Origin: Kiritimatiellia bacterium
GTDB lineage: Bacteria > Verrucomicrobiota > Kiritimatiellia > RFP12 > UBA3636
Assembly: GCA_017481725.1 (NCBI GenBank)
Contig: JAFUOX010000098.1
Coordinates: 43,168 to 107,167, forward strand
DNA: 64,000 bases
Reading direction: 5' to 3'
The position numbers were made by a program, and so were the translations under genes. How positions within the stretch are numbered: the first letter of the stretch is position 1; each line of letters begins with the position of its first letter. The notes below the pieces were generated by a model, which was not told the DNA's origin, did not search any database, and worked only from the letters and a program-made list of their open reading frames with translations. Positions 53,564 to 62,940 of the stretch are shown piece after piece.

Positions 53564-54247
53564 TTATTTTTCAGGCTCTTCTATAGCCACATTATAATTC
53601 CATTTATAGACACTGTCGGATTCTTCCATTGCGGTTTTGGTTATTGCATCAACATGTCCATCTGCAAAGCAAGCAATGGTTGAGCTTCTATGGCGATATG
53701 ATAGATTCTCATTGTTGCTTGTAAGTGTGTTTAAATCCACCATTGCATTTGCTGGTGTAGGTGTTTCGCATAAGAAAATGAAATAAGAAGGGTCTTTGAT
53801 GTTCTGAATGCGTGCTTTTTTCCCCATATTTACAAGATCCTTGTTTATCGCATAAGAGCAATAGTATGCTTGATGTGCTTTGCGCTCATATACCATTGAA
53901 GGACAGATAAAATCATCATCATTTGGTATGCGAACGGAGAAATCCGTTGCATCTTGCTGTGGTGGGACTAGGTCAGCCATGCGTGGACGCTTTAGGCGTT
54001 CTGCAAGAATGTTAAACCATGCACGTAGGTCATTTTTATCTGTGCTAGTAGGGAAGCGTCCTTTATTATCGTCTAAGTAGCTAACAAGCTCAGTGCCATA
54101 TGCACGGAGATTGTTCATGCATTGAGTGCGCTTTCCATTTGCACGTAGACGAGAAACACCTGTACCAATTAATCCAGAAAGTATGATTAGGATACCAATA
54201 ACCACCATTAGCTCTACAAGAGAAAAGCCTAAGTTTGATTTTTTCAT
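53564..54247 (-). CDS. Prepilin-type N-terminal cleavage/methylation domain protein with H-X9-DG motif
   Basis: The N-terminus is MKKSNLGFSLVELMVVIGILIIL. The C-terminal HRSSTIACFADGH fits H-X9-DG exactly. The ATG at 54247 with GGAG upstream is preferred over the track start at 54367. Confidence 0.8.
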   Translation of the reverse strand: MKKSNLGFSLVELMVVIGILIILSGLIGTGVSRLRANGKRTQCMNNLRAYGTELVSYLDDNKGRFPTSTDKNDLRAWFNILAERLKRPRMADLVPPQQDATDFSVRIPNDDDFICPSMVYERKAHQAYYCSYAINKDLVNMGKKARIQNIKDPSYFIFLCETPTPANAMVDLNTLTSNNENLSYRHRSSTIACFADGHVDAITKTAMEESDSVYKWNYNVAIEEPEK

Positions 54248-54591
54248 ATTTGACTCCAAAACTATAATTAAAATATTTAGATTGAAATAAGAATAAATTG
54301 TTTTATCTATGTTTGTGATTGTACCACACAACCTATTGTTGTGTCTATTAAATAAAAAATGCATCATTTTTTGCGGATATGTTTTAGCTTTTTATCTAGG
54401 TGCTCCATGTGCTAAAAAAGTTCGCTTTTTAAGCAGTTGTGTGCTTCAAAAGCGTTCGTTGTGGCGTCATTCAGATGTGTGAGAACACAAAAACCATCTT
54501 GTCATTTTCTTTGACATTTTTGTGAGTTTATGCAAAAATATATTCTATATTTTAATTGGGTATAAAGTATCCAAAATTAGGAGATGATCGT

Positions 54592-55197
54592 ATGGTATCA
54601 GAATTACAGTCTTTGCTTGATAAAATTCAAGCAGAAGGAGTAAATAAAGCAGAGGAAAAATCTGCTAAAATTATTGCAGATGCAGAGGCAAAGGCAGCAG
54701 AGATAGTTGCTGCAGCAGAGAAGCAGGCTGCTACCATTATTGATAAGGCAAATGAAGAGGCTCGTGCAACAGAATTTAGATCTCAGCAATCTGTAAAGCA
54801 GGCTTCTCGTGATATTATTTTAGGACTAGAGCAAGCTATTCAGCAGACCTTTGAGCGTGCACTTAAGGCAGAGGTTGAGGGCGTTCTATCAGCAGAGTAT
54901 ATGACTGGGCTAGTAGATAAGCTTGTTGCAAATTATTTGACAGATGATGCAGGCATTGAGCTTGTTGTTTCACCTGCAGATGCAGAAAAGCTTGCAGCAT
55001 ATGTTCAAGGCAAGTTTGTTGCTGCAGCAGCACAAAAGGGTGGTGTTCAGGTTCGTGCTGACAAGGATATTTCAGCAGGCATTTGTGTTATGCTAGATGA
55101 AGGTCGTGTTGAACATGATTTTACTAGTGCAGCAGTGCTTGAGAAGTTATCTCAGCTACTTCGTCCAGCTCTAATTAAGTTAATTTCGGAAAAATAA
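54592..55197 (+). CDS. V-type ATP synthase subunit E
   Basis: It has the coiled-coil N-terminus typical of subunit E (KIQAEGVNKAEEKSAKIIADAEAKAAEIV). It lies ahead of DUF2764 and subunit A. The ATG at 54592 has AGGAG upstream. Confidence 0.7.
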   Translation: MVSELQSLLDKIQAEGVNKAEEKSAKIIADAEAKAAEIVAAAEKQAATIIDKANEEARATEFRSQQSVKQASRDIILGLEQAIQQTFERALKAEVEGVLSAEYMTGLVDKLVANYLTDDAGIELVVSPADAEKLAAYVQGKFVAAAAQKGGVQVRADKDISAGICVMLDEGRVEHDFTSAAVLEKLSQLLRPALIKLISEK

Positions 55198-55721
55198 TGA
55201 GTTACCCATATCTAGTTTCTTCATTGCCAATGCTTGGTATCGACAAGCAGCCACCAATGTCATTGGAGGCATTTGTTGAGCTTTGCCAAGAACAGTTGAC
55301 AGATGTAGATTTTCAAGAGCTAGAGGCATTGCTTTCTGTGGATGAGCAGCCAACCAACAACTCCTTTATCAAGGAGTGGAGAGCTGCAGAAACTCAGCTA
55401 CGCAATGCTGTGGCAAGAGCTCGTGCAGCAAAGCTTGATGGTGTTGATGCAAATAAATGGTTGAGAACACACACAGGCTTTGATGTTGTCCTAGAAAATG
55501 GTGTAGCAAGTGCATTTCAGGAGAAAGATCCTGCATTGCGTCAAAAGGCACTTGATCAGCTATTATGGGATAAGGCTGCCGAATTGGCTGGCTATGATGA
55601 ATTTTCTTTAAAGGCTATTTTTGCTTATGCTATTCAGTTAAAAATCTGTAATATTCGTAATAGTCAGACAGATAGTGAAAAGGGAGCTGCAAGATTGGCA
55701 GCGGTAGCAAGCGGAAAATAG
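55197..55721 (+). CDS. DUF2764-like protein (occupies the subunit C position in Bacteroidota/Chlamydiota-type V-ATPase operons)
   Basis: The call rests on position (TAATG overlap with E, immediately before A), size and the N-terminus YLVSSLPML. No strong motif was recognised. Confidence 0.55.
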   Translation: MSYPYLVSSLPMLGIDKQPPMSLEAFVELCQEQLTDVDFQELEALLSVDEQPTNNSFIKEWRAAETQLRNAVARARAAKLDGVDANKWLRTHTGFDVVLENGVASAFQEKDPALRQKALDQLLWDKAAELAGYDEFSLKAIFAYAIQLKICNIRNSQTDSEKGAARLAAVASGK

Positions 55722-55749
55722 TGGGGTTTTAACAAGTTATAGGTGTAAT

Positions 55750-57474
55750 ATGAGTACTGTAGGAAAAGTAACAGGCGTTAATGGTAACCTAATTACAGTT
55801 GAATTTGAAGAGGCGGTCGCTCTAAATGAGGTTGGTTATGCAATTGTTGATGGACTAACCCTTATGAGTGAGATTGTCCGCATTAAAGGGCGTCGCTGTG
55901 ATATGCAGGTGTATGAGGATACATCTGGAATCAAATGTGGTGATAAGGTTGAATTTACTGGAGAGCTGCTTTCTGTAGAGCTAGGACCTGGTCTTTTGAC
56001 ACAGGTTTTTGATGGTCTTCAAAATCCATTGCCAAAGCTTGCTGAAGAGTGTGGCTTCTTTCTTCAGCGCGGTAAGTATATCGATGCTCTACCTCGCGAT
56101 ATAGAATGGGATTTTACTCCAGCTGTAAAAGAGGGGGATTTGGTATTTGCTGGTGACCCAGTGGGCTCTGTTCCAGAGGGTATTTTTAAGCACGATATCA
56201 TGGTGCCATTTGGTTTAAAGGGGCGTTATACCGTTAAGAGCATTGCTGCTGCAGGTAAGTATAAGGTTGAGGATGTTGTAGCAAAGCTAACCGATGATTC
56301 TGGTAATGAGGTTGAAGTAACACTAATGCAGCGTTGGCCAGTTAAGGTGCCTATTAGCTGCTTTGCTGAGCGTATGCGCCCAGAGGAGACAATGGTTACA
56401 CAAACTCGTACAATTGATACATTCTTCCCTGTGGCACTTGGTGGAACATATTGTATTCCTGGACCATTTGGTGCTGGTAAAACAGTGCTTCAACAGACAA
56501 CTAGCCGCTTTGCTCAGGTTGATATTGTTATCTATGCAGCATGTGGTGAGCGTGCTGGTGAGGTAGTGGAGATGCTTCGCGAATTTCCAGAGCTAAATGA
56601 CCCTCGTACTGGTCGCAGCTTGATGGATCGTACAATTATCATTTGTAACACATCTTCAATGCCAGTTGCTGCTCGTGAGGCATCTGTTTATACTGCTGCA
56701 ACATTGGCTGCATACTATCGCCAGATGGGATTGCACGTGCTATTGCTTGCAGACTCAACATCTCGTTGGGCACAGGCTTTGCGTGAAATGTCTGGCCGTC
56801 TTGAGGAAATTCCTGGTGAGGAGGCATTCCCAGCATATTTGGAGTCTGTAGTTGCTTCCTTCTATGAGCGTGCAGGCCGCGTTAAGCTACGTGATGGTCG
56901 TATTGGTTCTGTAACAATTGGTGGTGCAGTTTCTCCTGCAGGTGGTAATTTTGACGAACCTGTAACTCAGGCAACAATTAAGGTGGTTGGTGCTTTCCAC
57001 GGCTTGTCTCGTGCTCGTTCTGATGCTCGCCGCTATCCAGCAATTGACCCACTAGATTCATGGAGCAAATACAATAGTGTTTGTGATTCTGAGAAGGTGG
57101 CAAATATTCGTGCAGCACTTCGCCACGGAAATGATGTCTCTCAAATGATGAAGGTCGTTGGTGAAGAGGGTACAGCAATAGAAGATTTTGTCGATTATTT
57201 AAAGAGCGAGCTGATTGATGCTGTTTACTTGCAGCAGGATTCATTCCATGCGGTTGATGCATCTTGCCCAGCAGAGCGTCAGCGCTATGTATTTGATAAG
57301 CTACTAAAGATTGTAAATGCTAAGATGAATTTCACAGATCGTGATGTTGCTCGCCGTTTCTTCCATGAGTTAACACAAACAATGCGCGATTGGAACTATT
57401 CTGAATGGAAATCAGAAAAGTTTGTAGAACAAGAGAAACGTATTGAAACAGCACTTGCCTCTGTGTTAAAATAG
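55750..57474 (+). CDS. V-type ATP synthase catalytic subunit A
   Basis: Walker A is GPFGAGKTV. The motifs LLLADSTSRWAQALREMSGRLEE and PAYL are present. Length is 574 aa. Confidence 0.9.
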   Translation: MSTVGKVTGVNGNLITVEFEEAVALNEVGYAIVDGLTLMSEIVRIKGRRCDMQVYEDTSGIKCGDKVEFTGELLSVELGPGLLTQVFDGLQNPLPKLAEECGFFLQRGKYIDALPRDIEWDFTPAVKEGDLVFAGDPVGSVPEGIFKHDIMVPFGLKGRYTVKSIAAAGKYKVEDVVAKLTDDSGNEVEVTLMQRWPVKVPISCFAERMRPEETMVTQTRTIDTFFPVALGGTYCIPGPFGAGKTVLQQTTSRFAQVDIVIYAACGERAGEVVEMLREFPELNDPRTGRSLMDRTIIICNTSSMPVAAREASVYTAATLAAYYRQMGLHVLLLADSTSRWAQALREMSGRLEEIPGEEAFPAYLESVVASFYERAGRVKLRDGRIGSVTIGGAVSPAGGNFDEPVTQATIKVVGAFHGLSRARSDARRYPAIDPLDSWSKYNSVCDSEKVANIRAALRHGNDVSQMMKVVGEEGTAIEDFVDYLKSELIDAVYLQQDSFHAVDASCPAERQRYVFDKLLKIVNAKMNFTDRDVARRFFHELTQTMRDWNYSEWKSEKFVEQEKRIETALASVLK

Positions 57475-57609
57475 TGCCTCTTTGCTTGTCCTGATTGGGA
57501 ATCAAGCACCTATCGATCCGGCGTTTTCCGGAGCTTAACAAAATGTGGATGCAAAAAAAAAGAGTGCATTCATAAAATGGGTTAAATAACCCAAAAGGGT
57601 AGTTACAAC

Positions 57610-58650
57610 ATGGTGAAAAATATTGTACTTACACTCTGTGCTATGTTAGGTCTCGTGATGTCTGGCTGTGGCGAAACAAAGCCTGTACTAAACATCTATA
57701 CTTGGAATGAATACATCGATATGGACATTGTTCGGGAGTTCGAAGCTGCAAATAACTGTCAGGTAGTTATTGGTATCTTTGATTCAAATGAAGCAATGTG
57801 GGCTAAGCTCCAGCATGGTGCTTCTGGTTTCGATGTTGTATTTCCTTCAAGTTATATGGTAAAGATAATGTCAGACGCTGGTGCTTTGGAGAAGATTGAT
57901 AAATCAAAGCTACCTAATCTTAAAAATATTGATCCTGCATATCTTTCTTGCTCACTAGATGCAAATATGACTTATGGTGTGCCATATATGGTGACCTATA
58001 CAGGATTTGCTTATGACAAATCAAAGGTTCAGGGAGAGGTTGAGCCATCTTGGAATGTGTTTGCATCTCGTCCAGAGCTAAAGGGGCGTATGACACTTCT
58101 TGCAGATATGCGTGAGACAATTGGTGCAGCTCTTAAATATAAGGGCTATAGCGTAAACACAAAGGACCCTGCTCAGCTTGCTGAAGCACGTGATGTTGTT
58201 GTTGAGTGGAAGCGCAATATTGCAAAGTTCGAAAATGAGCAATATAAGGTAGGTCTTGCAAGTGGAGAGTTCTATCTTGTACACGGCTATAGCGGTGATA
58301 TTGGTCAACTTCAGCTAGAGGATGAGAATATTGTTTTTGTTCTTCCTAAAGAAGGCTTCTCTCTATCATGTGATGAAATGGTTATCCTAAAGGATTCTCA
58401 GCAGAAGGAGCTTGCATACAAGTTCATTAATTTCCTACATGATGGACAGATTGCAGCACGCAATATGGAATATACCACATATTGGTGTCCAAATAAAACA
58501 GCTGCAGAATTTCTTCCAGATGAGGTTAAGAATAATCCAACAATTTTCCCTCGCGAGGAGGATATTGTCAAGGGAGAGGTGATTGGAGATTTAGGCGATG
58601 CTCTTGAGTTATATACAAAAACTTGGGATGAAATCAAAAACATCAAGTAA
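57610..58650 (+). CDS. potD: Spermidine/putrescine ABC transporter substrate-binding lipoprotein (PotD-like)
   Basis: It has a lipobox VMSGC. The N-terminus LNIYTWNEYI and the overall PotD-like pattern fit. No potABC is adjacent. Confidence 0.8.
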   Translation: MVKNIVLTLCAMLGLVMSGCGETKPVLNIYTWNEYIDMDIVREFEAANNCQVVIGIFDSNEAMWAKLQHGASGFDVVFPSSYMVKIMSDAGALEKIDKSKLPNLKNIDPAYLSCSLDANMTYGVPYMVTYTGFAYDKSKVQGEVEPSWNVFASRPELKGRMTLLADMRETIGAALKYKGYSVNTKDPAQLAEARDVVVEWKRNIAKFENEQYKVGLASGEFYLVHGYSGDIGQLQLEDENIVFVLPKEGFSLSCDEMVILKDSQQKELAYKFINFLHDGQIAARNMEYTTYWCPNKTAAEFLPDEVKNNPTIFPREEDIVKGEVIGDLGDALELYTKTWDEIKNIK

Positions 58651-58679
58651 CCTTTGTTAATTAAAATACTAAGTAAAAT

Positions 58680-58720
58680 GGCTGTTGTGAAACCAAATGG
58701 TAAAGCAACAGCCTTTTTTT
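58680..58720 (+). terminator. Rho-independent terminator after potD
   Basis: The stem is ggctgttg...caacagcc, followed by ttttttt. Confidence 0.7.
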
Positions 58721-58918
58721 GTTGGCGGCGCTCAAGGTAAGGTGGCAATACCATGCGACGGTATCACCCTCTATGGAGGAATGTAGAAACCCGGTAGAGG
58801 CGAGCTTGGAAGCAAATGCTTCTAGCTCCGCTCTAATAACACATATCATACACATCACATTGTGTTTTAGCCATTCAACTATGCAATTTTCCTATTTTTG
58901 AATATGGTTGATTGCTGA

Positions 58919-58947
58919 TTGTTTTTCAATGGGGTATGTGATATAAT
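58919..58947 (+). promoter_or_regulatory. Sigma70-like promoter candidate (extended -10) upstream of the HydG-like gene
   Basis: The pattern is TTGTTT, a 17-bp spacer, then TATAAT, with TGA immediately upstream of the -10 element. Confidence 0.3.
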
Positions 58948-58998
58948 ATATCTAAAAATATCTGAGGTAAGGAAAAATCTGAGCCCAAGGAGTAAAAT

Positions 58999-60489
58999 AT
59001 GGATACATCTAAACAAAATTTAATCGATAAATTGATTAAGCGCGATGAAATTACGCGCTACTACACAAATGGTCGCGATTTTATTGATGACGACCTAATT
59101 ATGCGCCAGCTAGAGGCTGGAAAAAAGAATACAGATCCTGCCCGCATCCGTGATATTCTTGCAAAATCTCTTGCAATTGAAACTCTAGAGCCAGAGGAAA
59201 CAGCAGCACTTCTTTATGTAACTGACCCTGAGCTTCGTAAGGAGATGGAGGAGACAGCTAATGCAATTAAGCATAAGGTCTATGATAATCGTATCGTAAC
59301 ATTTGCTCCTATGTATATCTCAAGCTATTGCGTAAATCGTTGCCGCTATTGCGGCTTTAGTGCAGATAATCCACATCAAAAGCGTCGCTGCCTAACAATG
59401 GATGAAATCAAGGCAGAGGCAGAGGCAATGACTGGTATTCATGGTCACAAACGTGTGATGGCTGTATATGGTGAGCATCCAATGACCGGTGCTGAATTTA
59501 TAGCAGAAAGCCTAGATGCAATCTACTCAGTTAGCGTAAAGACACGCCATGGCACAAGTAATGTCCGCCGTATTAATGTTAATGCAGCACCACTTTCTAT
59601 TGATGACCTAAAGATTGTTCAACAAGCTGGAATTGGCACCTTCCAAGTGTTCCAAGAAACTTATAGCCATAAGACCTATGCTGAAATGCACCCAGCAGAC
59701 ACAGTTAAGGGTGACTATGGTTGGCGTCTAACATGTATGCACCGTGCATTTGACGCAGGTATTGATGATGTTGGACTTGGTGTGCTATTTGGCTTGCAGC
59801 CAGATTGGCGTTTTGAGGTTATGGGCCTAATTACTCATGCCCGCGAGCTTGAGCGCTTTGTTGGCATCGGTCCTCATACATTCTCAGTACCACGTATGCA
59901 TCCAGCAAGTGGCTCAGATGTGGCAAATTCTCCAAGCACATTTACGGATGATAATTTTATCCACGCAATCACTGTGCTTCGCTTATCTGTGCCTTATACC
60001 GGTCTTATCGTTACTGCCCGTGAGACAGCAGAGCTTCGCGATCGCTGCCTAGACTTGGGTATCACACAAATGGATGCTTCTACACGCATTGATATTGGTG
60101 GCTACTCACAGCAAACCACAACACAGAAGATGGATGAACAGCAGTTTATGCTTGGTGACCCTCGTAGCCTTGAGCAAATGATTGTTGATTTGGCTCGTAA
60201 GGGAATTATCACTTCCTTCTGCACCGCGGGCTATCGTTGCGGCCGTACAGGTGGTTGCATTATGGATGCTCTAAAGACAGGTAAAGAAGGAACCTTCTGT
60301 AAGATTAACGCTGTACTAACATATCGTGAGTGGCTAGATGATTTTGCTTCTCCAGAGAGCATTAAGATTTGTGAGCCTGTAATTCAAAAGGAATTAAAGG
60401 CTATCGAGGAAACATATCCTTTGTTCTATCCTAATGTGCTTGAACGCTATAACCGCATTTGTGCTGGTGAGCGTGACCTATACTTCTAA
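58999..60489 (+). CDS. HydG/ThiH-family radical SAM tyrosine lyase, HydG-like length and N-terminus
   Basis: The radical SAM motif is CVNRCRYCGF, preceded by IVTFAPMYISSYC. At 496 aa it is HydG-sized, not ThiH-sized. The C-terminal Cys region is CTAGYRCGRTGGCIMDALKTGKEGTFC. Confidence 0.75.
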   Translation: MDTSKQNLIDKLIKRDEITRYYTNGRDFIDDDLIMRQLEAGKKNTDPARIRDILAKSLAIETLEPEETAALLYVTDPELRKEMEETANAIKHKVYDNRIVTFAPMYISSYCVNRCRYCGFSADNPHQKRRCLTMDEIKAEAEAMTGIHGHKRVMAVYGEHPMTGAEFIAESLDAIYSVSVKTRHGTSNVRRINVNAAPLSIDDLKIVQQAGIGTFQVFQETYSHKTYAEMHPADTVKGDYGWRLTCMHRAFDAGIDDVGLGVLFGLQPDWRFEVMGLITHARELERFVGIGPHTFSVPRMHPASGSDVANSPSTFTDDNFIHAITVLRLSVPYTGLIVTARETAELRDRCLDLGITQMDASTRIDIGGYSQQTTTQKMDEQQFMLGDPRSLEQMIVDLARKGIITSFCTAGYRCGRTGGCIMDALKTGKEGTFCKINAVLTYREWLDDFASPESIKICEPVIQKELKAIEETYPLFYPNVLERYNRICAGERDLYF

Positions 60490-61703
60490 TGGCTATGGGA
60501 ACAACGCTGATTGTTGGAGCTGGTGCCGCAGGCTTGTCTGCAGCAATATTCTCTAAGGCTGGCAGAACGCTAGTCTTAGAACAGCTTTCACAGCCAGCAC
60601 GTAAACTCCTTGCAACTGGTGGCGGGCGGTGTAATGTAACACACTCTGCCACAATTGATGAGCTTATGGCTGAGTTCGGCAAGCGTGATCGTTTTGTCGA
60701 GCCAGCACTCTCACAGTTTTTGCCAGAGGATATTTGTGAACTTCTTTTCTCTAATGGTGTGCCAACCATTATTGAAGAGGATGGTTGTGTTTTCCCAGAA
60801 TCTGGTAAAGCTTTAGATGTAATTCAGGCTTTATATTCCGCAGCAGAGAAAAATGCTAGCTTCATTTATGATTGTGAGGTAACTGAGCTTCTTGTTGAAG
60901 CAGAACATGTGGTAGGTGTAAAAACAGCCTCAGGTAAGGTCTTTCATGGGGATAAAGTCATCTTCTGCACAGGAGGAAAGTGCCGCCGCTCTCTAGGTTC
61001 AACTGGAGCTGCCTATGAAATGTTTTCTAAGCATGGTATAAAAATCACTCCACTGATGCCAGCTCTTGCTCCAATCTTCCTTAAAGAGAAATGGCTTGCA
61101 GAGCTCTCAGGTGTCTCTTGCCCTAATGCACTTCTTTCAGCAAAGGGAGTTGAACCAATTTCTGGAGCAATCCTTTTTACACATACTGGTATTAGTGGGC
61201 CTGCAGCACTTGCATACTCAGGACAAATTGCTGCTCGCTTCGCAAAGGCAAAGGAGCCATATACTCTTAAGCTTTCTTATATTGCCGATATGCTTTTGCA
61301 GGATTGGATTGATTTGTTTGACTCATGGCGTAGACCTTATGGAACAAGTCAGGTGCATACGTTGCTCTCTAAATACTTGCCAAAATCTCTTGCCAAAGCA
61401 TTGTGTAAGCAGGCTGGTCTTGAGGCTGATACAATTGTCGCATATTTTAATCGAGGAATGACAGAACGCCTTGCTGAGCTTTGCTCTGGCACAAAGCTTA
61501 CCATTTCGGGGCTTGGTGATTGGGAAAGTGCAATGGTTACCCATGGAGGTGTTTCTATTAAGGAAATTGATCCGTTTAGCATGGAGTCAAAATCAATTAA
61601 GGGTTTGTATATAACTGGTGAATTAGTAGATGTTGATGCACCTTGTGGTGGCTATAATATTACTTGGGCTCTTGCATCTGGTAAACTCGCTGCTGAACAA
61701 TAA
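60489..61703 (+). CDS. HI0933/BaiN-like FAD-dependent oxidoreductase
   Basis: It has the dinucleotide motif VGAGAAGL, GGGRCNVTH, and a C-terminal GELVDVDAPCGGYN. The start forms a TAATG overlap with the HydG-like gene. Confidence 0.8.
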   Translation: MAMGTTLIVGAGAAGLSAAIFSKAGRTLVLEQLSQPARKLLATGGGRCNVTHSATIDELMAEFGKRDRFVEPALSQFLPEDICELLFSNGVPTIIEEDGCVFPESGKALDVIQALYSAAEKNASFIYDCEVTELLVEAEHVVGVKTASGKVFHGDKVIFCTGGKCRRSLGSTGAAYEMFSKHGIKITPLMPALAPIFLKEKWLAELSGVSCPNALLSAKGVEPISGAILFTHTGISGPAALAYSGQIAARFAKAKEPYTLKLSYIADMLLQDWIDLFDSWRRPYGTSQVHTLLSKYLPKSLAKALCKQAGLEADTIVAYFNRGMTERLAELCSGTKLTISGLGDWESAMVTHGGVSIKEIDPFSMESKSIKGLYITGELVDVDAPCGGYNITWALASGKLAAEQ

Positions 61704-61717
61704 AAAAGAGGGGAAAT

Positions 61718-62272
61718 ATGAAAAAGAATCTCGGCGCAAAAGCAATTTTATATCCAATGCCAGTATTAGTTGTTGGCACATATGATGAAAATGGTGTTGC
61801 AAATGCAATGACAGCTGCTTGGGGTGGTATTAGCGAGGAAACGGAAATTACAATTTGCATTAGTGATGAGCATAAAACAGCAAAGAACCTGACTCTTCAT
61901 AATGGCTTCACTGTTGGTATTGCTGATGTTGCAAATATGAAGGCAGCTGATTTCGTTGGCGTGGTTTCTGGGAATATGGCTGCTGATAAGGTAGAAAAGA
62001 CGGGCTGGACAGTGGAGAAGAGTAGCTTTGTTGATGCACCGGTGTTTGCAGAGCTTCCTATTGTTCTTGAGTGTGAGGTGATTTCTTATGATGCTTCTAG
62101 CTGCCGTCTGATAGGACGTATCGTAAATGTTGCAGCAGATGAGAAAGTGTTTAATGCGGAAGGTAAGCTAGATATTGCCAAGCTTAATCCAATCACATAT
62201 GACCCAATAAATCACACCTATCATGCAATAGGAGAGTGTGTCGGTAAGGCATTTGTTAATGCAGAGCTATAA
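61718..62272 (+). CDS. Flavin reductase-like (FMN-binding split-barrel) protein
   Basis: The sequence contains PMPVLVVGTYDENGVANAMTAAWGG. Confidence 0.75.
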   Translation: MKKNLGAKAILYPMPVLVVGTYDENGVANAMTAAWGGISEETEITICISDEHKTAKNLTLHNGFTVGIADVANMKAADFVGVVSGNMAADKVEKTGWTVEKSSFVDAPVFAELPIVLECEVISYDASSCRLIGRIVNVAADEKVFNAEGKLDIAKLNPITYDPINHTYHAIGECVGKAFVNAEL

Positions 62273-62308
62273 ACTAAGTTGCTTTTGTTAATTCAATAAG
62301 GAGAGGTT

Positions 62309-62926
62309 ATGTATATAGAAATTAAACACCCACTTGTTTCTCATAAGCTATCACGCCTACGCAATAAAGCAACACCATCAGAGGAATTTCGTAGATTGGC
62401 AAGCGAATTAGCAGAATTTGTGATTTTTGAGGCATTGCGTGAGATGCCAACACGCCCTGTGTCGGTTGAGACTCCTCTCGAGGTGGCAGAGTGTCAGGAG
62501 CTAGGTGCACCAATTGTGTTTATTCCGATATTGCGTGCAGGTGTTGGTATGCTAGATGCCGCAACAAAGCTTGTCCCATTTGCAAGAGTTGGCTTTTTGG
62601 GAATGTGTCGTGATCATGAGACAGCAAAGCCAGTTGAGTATTATAGTAATATTCCAGAACCTGAGGCTGATTCTATTGCGATTGTTATTGATCCAATGCT
62701 TGCAACCGGTGGCTCATCTGCTGCTGCAGTTGCCAATATTAAGGCAAAGGGCTATAAGCGTATTATTCTCGCTTGCCTTATCTCTTGCCCAGAGGGAATA
62801 GAGTATATGCAGACAACACATCCAGATGTTAATATCTATACTGCTGTAATTGATAGATGCTTAAATGAGAAAAAATATATCTTGCCAGGATTAGGTGATG
62901 CTGGCGATAGAATCTTTAACTCGTAG
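62309..62926 (+). CDS. upp: Uracil phosphoribosyltransferase
   Basis: Motifs HPLVSHKLSRLR, ILRAGVGM, DPMLATGGS and YILPGLGDAGDR are present. Confidence 0.95.
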   Translation: MYIEIKHPLVSHKLSRLRNKATPSEEFRRLASELAEFVIFEALREMPTRPVSVETPLEVAECQELGAPIVFIPILRAGVGMLDAATKLVPFARVGFLGMCRDHETAKPVEYYSNIPEPEADSIAIVIDPMLATGGSSAAAVANIKAKGYKRIILACLISCPEGIEYMQTTHPDVNIYTAVIDRCLNEKKYILPGLGDAGDRIFNS

Positions 62927-62940
62927 TTATAATCCAGTGC

